Origin: Paramecium tetraurelia
Lineage: Eukaryota
Length of the DNA: 64,000 nucleotides
Assembly (NCBI GenBank): GCA_000165425.1
Contig: CT867991.1
Location: 1 to 64,000 of the forward strand
Reading direction: 5' to 3'
Shown here one piece after another: positions 13,201 through 26,659 of the stretch. Under the pieces are notes generated by a model, which saw nothing but the letters and a program-made list of their open reading frames with translations, was not told the DNA's origin and did not search any database. Numbering within the stretch: position 1 is the stretch's first letter; each line of letters begins with the position of its first letter. The translations under genes were made by a program, and so were the position numbers.

Positions 13201-16200
13201 AAAATAGATCTTCTATGTAAATGTTGCTTTTCTTAAATTCTACCTATTCAGTTTGATTCTTATTTCTTATTTGAGTTTCAAAGTCCTATTTAGAACAATA
13301 GATATTCTAAGCCAATACTGCTTAATAATAGCAATTTTAATATTCTTTACATTCATATAGATATTTGCTTATTTTAATTTCTTCTTGATTGTTATTGCAT
13401 TGCATACACGTTGCTACGCCATCTATAATTTGGCAATCTGTGCAATCATAATCGCAATCATAAATACATTGATGTTCATACAAAATATAATCGTATGGAC
13501 AAGATGTGCATATTAATTCAAAATCCTCTTCAGATTATAATATTGCATATTCCTCAAAAGGATGCTAATTGTCAGAGTTAAATACATATTTATAATAAGC
13601 TTTGATGTTCCACTTCCAATCATCTTTAAATAATTTATTTCGTTAAATGCAAGTTTTGCAGGAATAATCACACATTTCACATTCTCCTCTTAAAATTGAT
13701 GAATAGTACCCATCTTCGCAGATTATACAAAATGAAGTTTCTTATGAATAATTTTATATGCATTCAACACAATTATACAGATTAGAGCAATCTTTGTTCT
13801 AAATAGATCTCAAATTATTCGAACTGATTAAACAATAATTAGTTTGTTGATTATCAGTGATTAAACCAAAAAGACACAATTCATTTTCATTAAACTCTTC
13901 ATTAGTAAAGTTTATAATTTCACATGTTGAGGTAATTTAATTAAAATAATAATTCCTTTTGCAAAGCGCACAACCTATTTTCAATGTAGAATAATATTTC
14001 TAATCATATTCAAAGTTGACATCTAAAGTAGAATAAATCAAATTTTCTTTAATGTAATAGTGATAGCAATAGATGCAATTTGTAATTTAGCAATGTAAGC
14101 AATTTTAACCATCTATAGCTAAAAAATACACTTCTGGATTATCGCAATAATAGCATTTTCGGTTATTATCACAATTTCCACAATGCTCTCCACAAGGTGA
14201 ACAAATACCATTAGAATTCAAATATGCTCCTATATGACATGAATGACAAATCACAGAATTTTATTACAGTTAGCATTCATTGCAGCCTTGACATACTGTG
14301 CATTGAAATTCTTAATTCAGAAAATAACCAATTTTACAATCAATACAATACTCGTAATTTTTGCAATAGAAGCATCCAACTTAGCAAGGAAGGCACTAAT
14401 TTTCGATATTTTTAAAATAGCCATACTAACAATCTTCTAAATTGGCATTCAATTTCAGCTCCATTTTATTTTAGCTGTTGATTATAACTATATAATTTTC
14501 TATTTCATTGAACAATCTTTATTTTGTAGAGCATGTCCATTCTTATTAAATTCTATCTTCAGTACATTATAAGGAAGATGAAAAATAAGTAGGATTAGAA
14601 ATGCAATTAGAACATTTAATATAATTTCTTGAACTAACCATAGAGTAGCCAGGGCTATGATAATTTATTTTAATACCATTCTAGACAAGTTTAGTTATTA
14701 TACAAAAAATATCCCTAAGCGCATACTTTAGAATTGAGATCACAAAATAGATAACCATTCTGATGACAATATCGTTTTTTTTCTAAAAGTTTTAAAGTTG
14801 GAAAAATGGAAACTACTTATTTACAGATTGATTGATCCTTGGTATCGACAAAATGAATATTGCATGGACATGTATTTTTTTCAGATAATAAAATACGGTT
14901 GCTCTAAGGTGGACAAGTTAAACAATTATTAAAATTAGGGCCATTGCAAGTTTGACAAGAATAATGACATTTTGGTGTAATATTAATGACAGGAGGTGTA
15001 CAATATGTTTTTAATATCAGATCACTAAAATAACCATTCATATAATCCTAAGTATATTTATCACCTCCAAGATAACAACGTAATGTTATTCCACTAAAAT
15101 GAATTATTGGCTATTCCCATACAAATTTTCGAACCTATTATTAGGAAGAAGGGAAGTATATTTAAAATTATGCTGATCTTTCATTATTAATAGTTCCAAT
15201 TTCATATTATATATAATGCCAATTTATTAATAACTATTGATATTCTACTCCAAGAACTTTTTTTATATCTTTAGGTGAGCTTTAATAAACACTTTTTGTT
15301 GGGAATGCATACGAATAGGTAGTAATTTCAAATCCATTTAGAATAGGCTATTAGTCTTATTAATATTTTAAATATAATTCCTTGTCTCCAATTATAAAAT
15401 CATCATTATATTCTTTATTAATAGTAATCCTAAAAATAACCATTTCACGATGTTCCATTTACAATTATTTTATTTTGACCCATCCTTAAATAGTATATAT
15501 TGGAAACTCTAAAATATTTGTTATTTCTGTTGTAAAACTAAATCCTCTATATTCTTAATCATATTAAGTTAATTGGTATGAGTATTCTTTGCATTAAGTT
15601 TCGAATTTACAATGTTGCAGAAATCGATTTAAACTACTTCTATCTTCGAACACATTCAATTCTCTTTCGCTAAATAATTGTGATAGCTTGCCTTAAAACT
15701 ATGACAAAACCAAGGATCCCTAATCTTAATCTAAAATTAAATTTCCTCCAATAGTGTGCTTGACAGTATTAGGCAAAGTGGGTACATCGTTAACTATCAA
15801 AACTTTAGGATCTATATTCTATTCTAATAGGAGAAAAGTTATTGTTGTTGATTTTGACTAATAATTAAAATAAAAGTAAAATAATATCCATTTTCCTTCA
15901 TAATTTACAAAATTAAAGTTGACAGAAATTTTTGATTTTAATGTTTAGAATGAATAATCAATCTCGTGCTTTATTGTTTAAGTTGAAGTCGATATCTCAA
16001 TATAAAAAATTAGAATTGAACTTTTCGATTCAGAGTCTTATAGTGAATAAATAAATAAATATTTCTATTTGTCATTTTTTTATGATGAATAATCCGTTGC
16101 TTTGTAAAATTATTAATACTAATACCTAATGCGGCTCTAAAAGGTTGATACTTCATCCACATACCATACCCTATATTTTAATTTCCTTAAACTATTTGTT

Positions 16201-16360
16201 CATCTAATTCAATTTCAATGTCTTACATGGATTCCACCAGACTGTTTGTGTTTTGCGCAGAAATTAAATAGTTGCATTCACAATAAGCAAACCTAAGATA
16301 AATTAGTAAGTACTGAGGCAAGATCATCCAAGCGAAAATTACAATGATGTCACTTTTCAT
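7273..16360 (-). CDS. Giant (~3,000 aa) surface/transmembrane protein: signal peptide, Cys-rich furin-like repeats, GG[AC]-type beta-helix repeats, multi-pass TM C-terminus
   Basis: Starts MKSDIIVIFAWMILPQ. Cys repeats at ~13.3-15.0 kb and ~8.8-9.2 kb. VGGCIYID, EGGALYI, NSAIFGGSLF and NSAIVGGAIY motifs at 9.9-11.2 kb. Hydrophobic segments at 7.75-8.8 kb. Tiny introns seen (23, 25, 26 nt; not all mapped). TGA at 7275-7273. Confidence 0.85.
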
Positions 16361-17752
16361 TTTATTTAATGTTATGAATTTGAATATTTAATAAATAAAT
16401 TTTAAATACAATCTATTTAATAAATCATTGGATATTATACCAAAATTCATCTTTGCTACATGTTTCTTACTAATGTAAATTAAAAACCGATTAGCTTTGA
16501 ATAGATCATATCATTAATTCATTAAATATTTTTATCTTGGGATAAACTTTTCCACATTTAATGATTAAATGCCAAAAATTTAATATAATGATATTAATAA
16601 TAGTAAATTAAATTAACTTGTGGACCTGAAGTTGATATTTTTTTCATTAAAGGAGAAGATAATTTCATATTAAATAAACTTTTGCAAAAATAGCAATTCA
16701 TAATAGATTGACTTTTTCAAAAATAATAATTCTAAATAGGATAATCATCAGAATCTCTAACATTTTCAATATATCTCTTTAACAATTGAGTAAGTTAAAA
16801 GGTATTCAAAAAAAATGGTTTGAGAAACAATTCTATACATTTATTGCAATTTAAAAGAATTCCAAATTCTATTGGATCGGATTATAGCTTTTTATGTAAT
16901 CTATATTATCTTCTTATAATTAAGTTTTAGTCTGGATAGTCCATATTTTAAATTTTTATATCATTATAATTATTCCTTGCTAAATGACTATTAGTAGAAT
17001 AATACATTAGATTTCATTTGCTAAGTAATCTAAATCAATGTATGTCAAGCTATGCAATATTAATAATCTAATTATTTTAGCAAAACTTTATTAAAAATTA
17101 TTCTACAATTGATAAGAGGAAGTGCAATACTAACAAATACGAATAGATTCTTAGATCGTTTACTGGTAATTAAAAAAAATGTTTGAGATTTTGCACATCA
17201 GTTAATTTGATTTCATTTAATTAACAAGATAATCTTAAACTTTCCTTCATATCTTTTGAAACTTCTTTATTATTTAACTATCTTTCCTATGATGATTTTA
17301 TTTATTAGTTTATTAATTGGTTCTTGTTGCTTTTCCAATAAAGTTTTAAAGAAAATGATTTTTCTGGCTGAGAGTTGTATTCTAGAGGGATAATGGATGG
17401 TTTGGCAGCACTAAATTATTATCTTTGAATAATTGTCAGTCTCTTTCCACTTTAGAGTACTTATATGTTAAAAAAATATTGAAATGATTCCCTAAAATTT
17501 AAATAAGCTCATGTATTTAGTGATTTAAAAGTAATCAAATTTTTAGATACACATTCAAATAAATTTATGAAACTGGGTGAGGTATGAGAAACCATTTTTC
17601 ATGGTCATTCTATATACTATTCTTCTTCAGTCTCTTAAATTTTTTCTAAATAATAAAATATCATTGATAAATATGCATCGCTAATAATATGAGTTGTAGA
17701 TTATCTGAATTGATACCTTAATTTTATATATATATAAATAATTTCCAATCTA

Positions 17753-18127
17753 ATGATCGATACTGATCAACAAAATCAACCAACTAGAAGTGATCATTCT
17801 TAAGGAGCCTATTAAATAATAAAATCAAACTAAGTAGAACTATCTATTCAAAATAAAGTGATTGAACTGGATGTCGATTATCCGAAGGTGCCATAATCGA
17901 GAAATAAAGAGAAATTACTGTGTACAAAATGTAATGAAGTTGTTGAAACCTATATCTAATTTGAGATGGGTAGGTGTAGTTATCTAATGATGCTAATTTT
18001 AATAGTAGGCATAATAACAGCTGTCTTGGCCTTCTTGCCTTGTGTTCTAGATGGATGTAAGGATGCAAAGCACAGGTGTCCGAAATGCACCAAACTAATA
18101 GGAACAAAGCAGTTTATGTGCGGATGA
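17753..18127 (+). CDS. LITAF-like zinc-ribbon membrane-associated protein (124 aa)
   Basis: Intronless; LCTKCNEVVET..(hydrophobic stretch)..FLPCVLDGCKDAKHRCPKCTKLIG matches the LITAF CxxC...HxCxxC signature. Confidence 0.92.
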
Positions 18128-18490
18128 ATTAAATAATATACTATATTTAACTCAATAATTAGCAAAGATAATGCCCTGTTGTCTGATTCTTAATGTTGGA
18201 TTGAATTAAGTTTAAAAAAATAGAATCTTCTACATCTTCATTCGATACTAATTATAATTAATTTTATTTTGGAAATTAATCATATCAGTTTGATAGCAAT
18301 TAGGTGTAAAAATAATATTACAAATGCCTATCATCTTTTAAATTTCCTATTTCGTTTACTTGAATTCAAGGTGAATTTATAATTAAAATAAAGTCAACTG
18401 TTAAGTTTTTAAATCTAAAACCAAAATAGTAGTACTTATTACTACTATTATAATTTTTATTATATTAATTAATACTAATAATAATATATG

Positions 18491-19696
18491 TCAAATATTA
18501 ATATCTGATTGCTCATGCCCTTGACTCTCTAATATTATTGCTACTAACCTCATAAACGTTTCTAACTCTATTTCAAATTCATTGTACTTGTCCTCTTGCA
18601 AATGCTTTAAATAGCTTTGAAGTATTTTTTCTAAATAACTCCATATAATTACCTTCGATATCAAAACCCATGCTCTAAAAGATGGCTTTGCTATTAATTA
18701 AAGTAATTTTATGTTCCTGATTGGAGGCAGACTCAAATTATAAAGCCAAGTCTTCCATCTCCTATTTAGAATACATTTCATCTAATGGGATGTGAATGGC
18801 TCTATAAATGATTCTCTCCTTTCTAGCCAACTCCATAGACTCCTTAAGAACATTGGTAGGGTCTTACAATTCAACTTTAGGAATATCAGGCAACACGTAA
18901 GGATCCATGAAATGCTTCTCTCTTTCCTCTTTCACTGTATAAGGATCCTCTACTTCAGAATACACTCCAGTTTTTGGCATGTCATCCACCCATTCTCCAA
19001 CAAACACTTGATTTTTTGTGGCAAAGAAGTAAGATCCTTAGCCTTCCTGAATAATGATAATGTATTTTTATTACTCTCTTATCGTTTACCCAATAGCCCT
19101 CAAAATGATCACCATTTCTTTTAGTTAAGACTCCATAACCACTTCTTAAGCCTTTAAACCATGACCCCTCGTAAACATCGCCATTGGCATAAATCATACG
19201 TCCTTCTCCATGCGATTTATCATCCTACCATACACCATCATATCTATTTCCATTCTAATAAAACATAGTTCCTTTGCCTGTTTTCTTGTCATTCACCCAA
19301 TCTCCTGTATATTCTCTTCTCATTCTAGAATCATAAATTTGAATGTCTATACTTATTCTTTCCTTCGCTCACCCAATATGTACCTTATCCATTTCTTTGA
19401 TTATCATACCATCCACCTTCATATTTATCACCATTTCCATAATATTATACACCAAAGCCACACTTTTTGTTTTGATTCCAATCACCAACATATTTTTAGT
19501 CAGCCACCCATCTCTCTTATTTTTAAGTTCCATCTTCATTCTTTGTTTAACTTTTTACCCAATAAATTGCTTTGTGTAATCCATTTTTCTCTGCCTTTTA
19601 ATCATTAATCTACCATTATCGAGCAACTTTCATTGAATTATTCTTTACTGATTATTTCTACTACGATTATGAATAGTAACTGGCGTCTTAATACAT
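18491..19696 (-). CDS. MORN-repeat protein, MORN3-like, with EF-hand-like C-terminal extension
   Basis: Repeats YVGDWNQNKKCGFG, YEGGWYDNQRNGQG, YTGDWVNDKKTGKG, YDGVWQDDKSHGEG, YEGSWFKGLRSGYG, FEGYWVNDKREGQG; N-terminal KAEKNGLH; three tiny introns. Confidence 0.9.
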
Positions 19697-19988
19697 AATT
19701 TAAAATTAATAATAAAATTAAGCCAATCCTCAATCATAATACCAATAATATGTCCATCCTTTAAGGAGTAATCAATAAATATGAAACTTATATTGTTATA
19801 CATAATTATTAATCAATTCTTAATATTTGATATATATATTTTAGAAAGTTCATTAATCACTTATTGGTTAGTATTCAAAGTCACCCATTATTCTTGCATT
19901 CTTATGATATCTTAATTTATACTGTTGCTAATCATTTTTAAGGGTTTCTAGTGAATAAAGGGGAATTCTCCAGTTTTAGCATCCTTCA

Positions 19989-20986
19989 ATGAACGGAGGG
20001 CCCATACTTAAGGTTTTATGATAATTTGGATATAAATAAAAAGATTTTTAAACCAAAATAAAATCTTGTGCGTAGTATGAGCACTCTTAAAGTGTTAAGT
20101 GATGCAGTATTTGATAAGAATGAGAAGCTAGAGATAGAAAAGGAAAACTCCTTTACTTAATGTGAACCTCATTATATGGCAGAGAATGAATAAGTAAGAC
20201 ATGATGCATATTTTTGAATTAGGAGGAAGAATTATAGGAGGGGATTCAATTGCCTGTTTATTCACCTTAGTAGTTTTCACATTTCAAAAGACCAAAGATT
20301 AGTTTTGATGAATTCAATCTCGATGAAGATCCCAAAAAAAAAGTATGCTCTTAATAGGAATCTATAACAGCTGAGCAAACAGACGTATAACCAATGGGAG
20401 ATTTGGAAAGATTGGCTGACATGCTCTAACGTGAAAATCAAAAGAAATATTCATACCCCAAGAATTTGCCTGCTCCCTCTAACGTCGATAATCATTTCGG
20501 CGAATTGGCTTTGCGATTCGCACCTTCCCAAAGATAGGATGAGTTTGTATCAAACTATGTGAAGGGAGATGATTTGTTGAGAATCAAGGTAGGATTGTGT
20601 GATGATATCCTTAATGATGAAGAAACATTAAAGTTCGAAGATTGGGTTGAACAATTATGCACTTCAACCAATCATGAGTCACTCAAGGAAATGGCAAGAA
20701 AATAAAAGGTCAAGCGATATTTGGATAAGAAGCATAATCGAACTTACGAAAAGAAAGTTCATTATCATATCAGATAAAAGGTTGCTGAAGAGAGATTAAG
20801 AGTCAAGGGTAGATTTGTAACATGGGGACAAGTAATACAAGTTTGTTGATATTTCTATAGGCATTAAAGATGTTGGATGAGAAGGACACCAAGAAATCAT
20901 GGAGTTACAATGACTATACTAAAATCAAGGGTTTACTGAACGAAAAGTTTGGAGCTGTGAAAAGTGAAAAGTCATTGAGATTCTGA
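19989..20986 (+). CDS. CCT-domain protein (start uncertain)
   Basis: RKQKVKRYLDKKHNRTYEKKVHYHIRQKVAEERLRVKGRFV (~20697-20819) matches the CONSTANS/CO-like/TOC1 CCT consensus. Introns of 29-30 nt; TGA 20984-20986. The frame stays open upstream, so the start may lie further 5'. Confidence 0.85.
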
Positions 20987-21580
20987 TTGTTTACAACACT
21001 TGCGTATATTAATATATTATATCGTTAAATTCATTTATAATAAAATAGTGATATTGTATTCGAAATTCATACTTGAAAAGTGATGTAAATAGAATATTAT
21101 TCATACTCATGCTCCTCCCAAATATATTTTGAAATAAATAAATTGCCTATTCTATCTCTAAATCTCATAGTTATATTGGTTTATGAATTAAAAGGGTTTA
21201 CTTCAAAATTCATCTTCATTGGATAATAGAACTAGAATTTATTAGAATTCTAAAAGCATTATTGTATTTAAATTAACATTTTTGAGGAGAAGTAGATATA
21301 ATTTTGAGAAAGATAAAAATGATGAATGAAATCAATTCGAGAATAAATGAGATTTTGAAAATGAAGATTAAATATATTCTATTAGAATATGCGTCACTTG
21401 AATTATAATGGTTTTGATGGGTAGGTATAAAATAATAAAAAATAATTATAAAAATAATAATGATAAATTATTAAATATAAAAATTAGAAGATGTAAGGGG
21501 GTAGGTGAAAATATTTTAGTGTATTTGGACTTATGGGTGTAAGTGCAGATGAGAATATAATAATTATTTTAATACCTTGA

Positions 21581-22324
21581 ATGAAGGACAGCTCTGTCTT
21601 AAACTTACCCTCTTATTCATCTCATCCTTAGGAAAATCAAAATGGCTAATAAAATGAAATTAGTGAGACCAATAGCAGTCAAAGAACAAACAACCGAAGT
21701 GAAATGGGTTTTAGTTAATAAGTAAGGATTGGTGTAATGACTTCTAGGAAGGAAGCAAGAATACAGAAGGCACAAAAAAGAAAATCAACAAAGAATAAGG
21801 TTAAAATGGGATAAAAAATTAAGGCCATTGGACTAATCAGGAACATCAAATATACGTGGAGTTCTTGGAGTAGCATCATTGCACATCGATGCAGAGTCAA
21901 TAAAATAGAAAGAATAACAAAATCTTCAAACTTATGTCACAAACAATAGGAACTAGATCTCCATCCTAGTGCAGGTAAAATAACATAATAAGTAGATCGC
22001 ACCACCAGAAATTCAACCCTTATACAGCAGCAGGGTAAAAAAGGAACAAGAGAAATCGCAGGAGATTAAGCAATTAAAATGTAGAAGGGGAGAACTTCCA
22101 TAATATGACAACAAAACCCATGATATAATTTAATACTCCAACGGTGAAACCCATTTTAGGTATGATTGATGAATAATACTCGAATAGATCAATGTTATGA
22201 TGAGTGCGATGGTTACATCTCAAACTATGAGGATTCACGTCCTTAGTTACAAAATTATTGTGGCAACTCCAACTTCGATTACAAATACGGGAATAGATGG
22301 GATTGTGATTCAGATCTTTATTGA
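21581..22324 (+). CDS. Single-repeat MYB-like transcription factor (SHAQKY class; SHHQKF)
   Basis: GHWTNQEHQIYVEFL..KIFKLMSQTIGTRSPSQCRSHHQKFNP; three introns of 21-28 nt restore the frame. Confidence 0.88.
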
Positions 22325-22378
22325 CTGGAGTTATCATATTCGATTTGTTTATAAAATTATAATAAAAAAACAATGTAA

Positions 22379-23605
22379 TCATTCATCTGTAGTATCAGTT
22401 TAATCATTGCAACAGCAATACTCTGAAATCACATCTCCGCATGCAGATTCTGCTTCTTAGAGTTCCATTTCATCAAGACCTTCTTGCAAGAACAAGTGCA
22501 AAAATGCTCGCTTTTAGAAAAGTGTCCTGTATTGTTGTTACAATAAATTAAGTTTATTTCCCATAGCAGTATGATGATTGATTGAAAAAGCCATTGGATT
22601 GCATTATTTTTGTTTAGCTGGACAAATGCTGTAGGTGATAGGATCAGCAATCCACTTAACGAATTGTATTTCATCTGAACTTAGAGTCTACTTGAATTCT
22701 TACTGGACTGAAAATATGTCAGTATCCCCATAGATCATGATTTGTTGGGCTAAAAACAAACCCTAAGACATGGACATCGAGAATGTTTGGTTTCGTTTAG
22801 AATAGATCTCTTTACTCATTTGCAATAGAGTTGGCGAATTGATATACGAAAATAGAGGAGCTAGTGACACAGTATAGCAATGCAATTTGGGAAAAGGAGT
22901 GATGTTGGTTTAGATCTTATAAAAGTTTGTATTGGAGTAACAATTGTGACGAAACGATTTGTAGATCCCATCCATTGCAAAAGCTAATAATTGATTGTAC
23001 GTTTCATAATTTTGATCGTAGATGAACATATTCTCTGTCATTTATTGTAAGGCATCATTATCAAAGTAGAATCCCATATTGTAATTGTAATTTAGATGCA
23101 TCAAACCAAGTAGACAATTATAGGGATAAATCACACTATTTTCATATTTTGATGGGTAAATAGAAATGTTGATTTAGGAGCAATCAAAAAAGTTATCGCT
23201 TGTATAATATACTAATTTGGCTCCAATTCCAGATCCAGTTCCACCAGTAATTGAATGAACTAATTACACTGCTTAAATTCCATCGCATTACTCTTACTCT
23301 TTCCTTACCTTTTCCACAATTTCATCAAATAAATCATTCGAACCATAATAACCACTAGCAAATGTCAAACATTTACTACTCTTTCCACTTACAAAATTAT
23401 TTGGATCATAATATGAGAAATTCTTATCTCCTCTAATCTTATCCAGCGTATTCTCCTCACTATCTACAAGTATTGCTCTTGGTATCCCTTTCCGAAAAAA
23501 CTTTTAATCCAAATTCTCACCACAATCGTCTATCATTTGATTCCATATTGCATTCCCTATTTGATTTCCACTTTAACCCACTTAAATTGTAATTATTTAT
23601 TTCAT
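22379..23605 (-). CDS. Highly divergent beta-like tubulin (Paramecium iota/theta-type), 408 aa, intronless
   Basis: MKQIITIQVGQSGNQIG; PRAILVD; HSITGGTGSG; FDNDAL; PFPKLH; KRAFLHLFLQEGLDEMELQEAES. 1,227-nt open frame in the ciliate code. Confidence 0.93.
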
Positions 23606-23628
23606 TAATTCATATAATAATTAAACTC

Positions 23629-24197
23629 ATGCACGCATTATCTATATTCAAGCAAAAATAAGAATAGGAGATCTAGAGGGCTCGTTTATATGAGCAATCC
23701 CTAAAAATGAAGGAATTACAAAAAAGTTAAATCCTCTTGAAATCTTGTGAAAGGATGCAAATGTTATCCGATAGATAAATGCAAAAATTGAGATAAAGTC
23801 AGCTTTCTGTTGTCAAACATGAATAGAACCATCTACGATTCAAATCATTAGAAAGAGATGCCATTCATATTCACACTCGGTACATAACTCTTCTAAGAAT
23901 TAAGTCCAAAAATTGAACTAGAAAAGGATGCTTACGATGAATGGGTTAAGACACAAAGGAAAATGCAATCATAAGAGGAGAGCCAAAAATTGGATAAATT
24001 TTAAGCCAAAATATCAAAGGCCAATGAAATAAAACTGATGTAAGAGGAGGAACTATCAAGCAAATAGAAGCTGAGAATTCAAACCTAACTGATTAAGGAA
24101 TCAATCCATAATGAGCAATAACTTAAATTACAAGTATATAAAAATTATCATGTAGAAAATTTAAAAATAAGAATATGCTAAATTACAACACTTATGA
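23629..24197 (+). CDS. Hypothetical coiled-coil protein
   Basis: MHALSIFKQKQEQEIQRARLYEQ..; Q/E/K-rich; two introns (29 and 22 nt); TGA 24195-24197. Confidence 0.65.
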
Positions 24198-24238
24198 ATA
24201 TTTATATAATTAATTATTTATTTAATTAATTGTAAATA

Positions 24239-25095
24239 ATGTCAAAAATCGATCCACTGCTGAAGCTTAGATAAAAACAACAACGAGAGATGCAGCATCT
24301 CATAGAATATGAAAAATAATTAAGAGATAAGGAAATTAGAAATTCACAACTGCTATTGAAAAAAAAAGAAAAGTTCTAAGACATATCTATGAAGCAATTG
24401 AAATTCAAAGAAGATTTAAAATAAAAGGCTGAGCAAAAGAGAATTGAATTTGAAAGGAATTTAAGTCAAGCAAGATTGATTGAATAAGAATAATTGAAAG
24501 TAAAGAAATATTTCATAATTGCAGCAATCACAATTTCATGTTAATAAAACAATTGAAATGGTAACTAAATTTGAAAATGAATACCAAAAAGAACAATTAG
24601 ATTTTTTAAATCAAAAAAAATCGGAGCACAACCATTAAATTGAGTACGTTTTGGAAAATAAGAAAAAAATAGAAAACAGAAAATTGAAAGAGTTAAGTCA
24701 ATCTTTAGATGCAAAATTCAAATCCTCTTAAGAAGTATATGCCTCATTGATATTCAATAGTTATAAGACAATTTGAATAAGCAATTAAGTGACAGATAGA
24801 AATAGGAATAATAAAAATTACAAACTTATTTTAAGTAGGTTGAAGAATAACAATAAAATCTATAAAAAGAAAGAATGAAAAAAGGAGAAATGTTTGAAGA
24901 AAAACTAGATAAAGTAGAAAAATTAAAATAAGAGAAAGAAAAAGAATTGAAAGAAAGACAAAGACTTCGATTAGAGGCTGAAAAATAAAAAGAAATGTTA
25001 TCTAAGGAATTTTAAGAAGAAATTGTGGTAAATAATTAAAAAATAAATTTAAGAAAATGTAAAAGTCTAATTTTCGCAAACAGTTGCTAAGTTGA
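24239..25095 (+). CDS. Hypothetical coiled-coil protein
   Basis: MSKIDPLLKLRQKQQREMQHLIEYEK..; three 25-26 nt phase-0 introns; TGA 25093-25095. Confidence 0.8.
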
Positions 25096-25147
25096 ACGTG
25101 AATTTCATAAATATATATATACTCAAAAAAATAATATTATAAATTAT

Positions 25148-26630
25148 ATGTCAATTAGAAGATCAATAATTCAAAAAAAAGACTTAAGAAATGACTTCAA
25201 AAAGCAGGAATAAAATCTACCAGATTTATCAGATAAGTTTAGAAAGGTATTTGAAATTTGTGGGGATGAAATTATTTCATGTCTTACTAAAAAAGAATAA
25301 ATTTAATTGCGATCAGGTTGATTAGAATTATATATATTCAAGTTTGTAGAATTTCATTTTATATGGTATAAAGTTATTAAGTATGGAATATGATGATTTT
25401 TGATAGTGATTAAATTAGCCAAGCCACAACAAATGATTCAAATATGAAGGAAAGCTTTTTAAAAAACTCTTTTTATTCAAAAGTTGGAAAATCAAGACCA
25501 TCTACTTAAGAAACAGTTTAAAAAGAATAATGGTTGATTAAACCCGCGAATTATAATCCACCTTAAAAAAAGTTAATATTTTTAAAAAATAAAAACAAGA
25601 TTGAAGACAATATCCTTGTATTATTTTAAATTTAAAATAGTCGGATGAAGATCTCAAATAAACTATCACAGTTTGGACTCTTAATTTAAATAGTCTTGAA
25701 AAATAGATAAATCTTGCAAAAAATCAAACTGACAGTTTTATTTAGGAAATTACATTGTGGACAGATCATATTAATTTATTATAAGAATTTTAAAAAGAGT
25801 ATCAACTTGAGCATGTTGGAAAGATACTATAAATATTAAAATAGAAATCCATTTTAGATGTAGGTTTGGAAAGGAAAAGAAGAATATTATAAGATATCCT
25901 TAATTCATTATTAAATGATTTTGCATTAAAGAAGCAATATTCAATTGATATTCAGTCGTTAAAACCTGTTTGCTAAAGTTTGTTGCAGGTTAAGTTGGCA
26001 GACTTCTATTAAGAGATTCCAAATCAATTATGGTCTAAAATAGATTAAATTTAAAATCGCTTTGATAAAATTTTTAATATAAGAAAGGAGTTCTTCTTTA
26101 TGAAATTATTTTAGATAACCTAAAAAATATTCTCGATCAATTTAAGTTGGATAGTTGGTTTTTCAAACTATGAATTGACTCTTAATTTGTTAGAGTAATT
26201 TTAATAGTTTTTAGTCTCATTGGTAATTGTTTTGTTTTCTATCATAAGATATAAAGACACTCTTTTGGGGAGAAGAAGTTTAATTAAAATTAACCTCAAC
26301 ATTCTTAAAATGAACTTTATTTTTAGAACTATAAAAAGTCTATCGATGACATCATGAAAATGCTCAAACTTAATAAAAAGCTTTATGACAACTAAAAGGA
26401 AAATCTCTAAGTCTAAGCCCTGTTACAAGGTTATAAATAATAAACTTTTGATTAGTTTCAAGAAAAGCAATAATGGGCATAGATTTATGTATTATCATAC
26501 CTAATATTATTAGAAAACATGGAAAGAGAAGTATTAAAACATTAAGAAATAACCTTAAGGTGAACCAGAATCATAAGAAGGGATTAGTTTCGGATTTTTT
26601 TAGACTAAAATGAGTTGGAGTATATAATGA
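25148..26630 (+). CDS. Hypothetical protein with a possible F-box-like N-terminus
   Basis: MSIRRSIIQKKDLRNDFKKQEQNLPDLSDKFRKVFEICGDEIISCLTKKEQIQLRS.., then VCR after a probable intron; several tiny introns; ends ..FGFFQTKMSWSIQ*. The F-box assignment is by eye only. Confidence 0.6.
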
Positions 26631-26659
26631 CTATATTTCTACATTAAAATTATTCAAAA

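Noticed and set aside
16700..17700. Possible minus-strand gene
   Set aside because: Only one ~65-codon coding-like stretch; no start-to-stop model could be built.
18792..19608. Supplied plus-strand ORFs (110, 132 and 78 aa)
   Set aside because: Antisense shadows of the MORN-repeat gene; the same applies to most of the standard-code ORF track.
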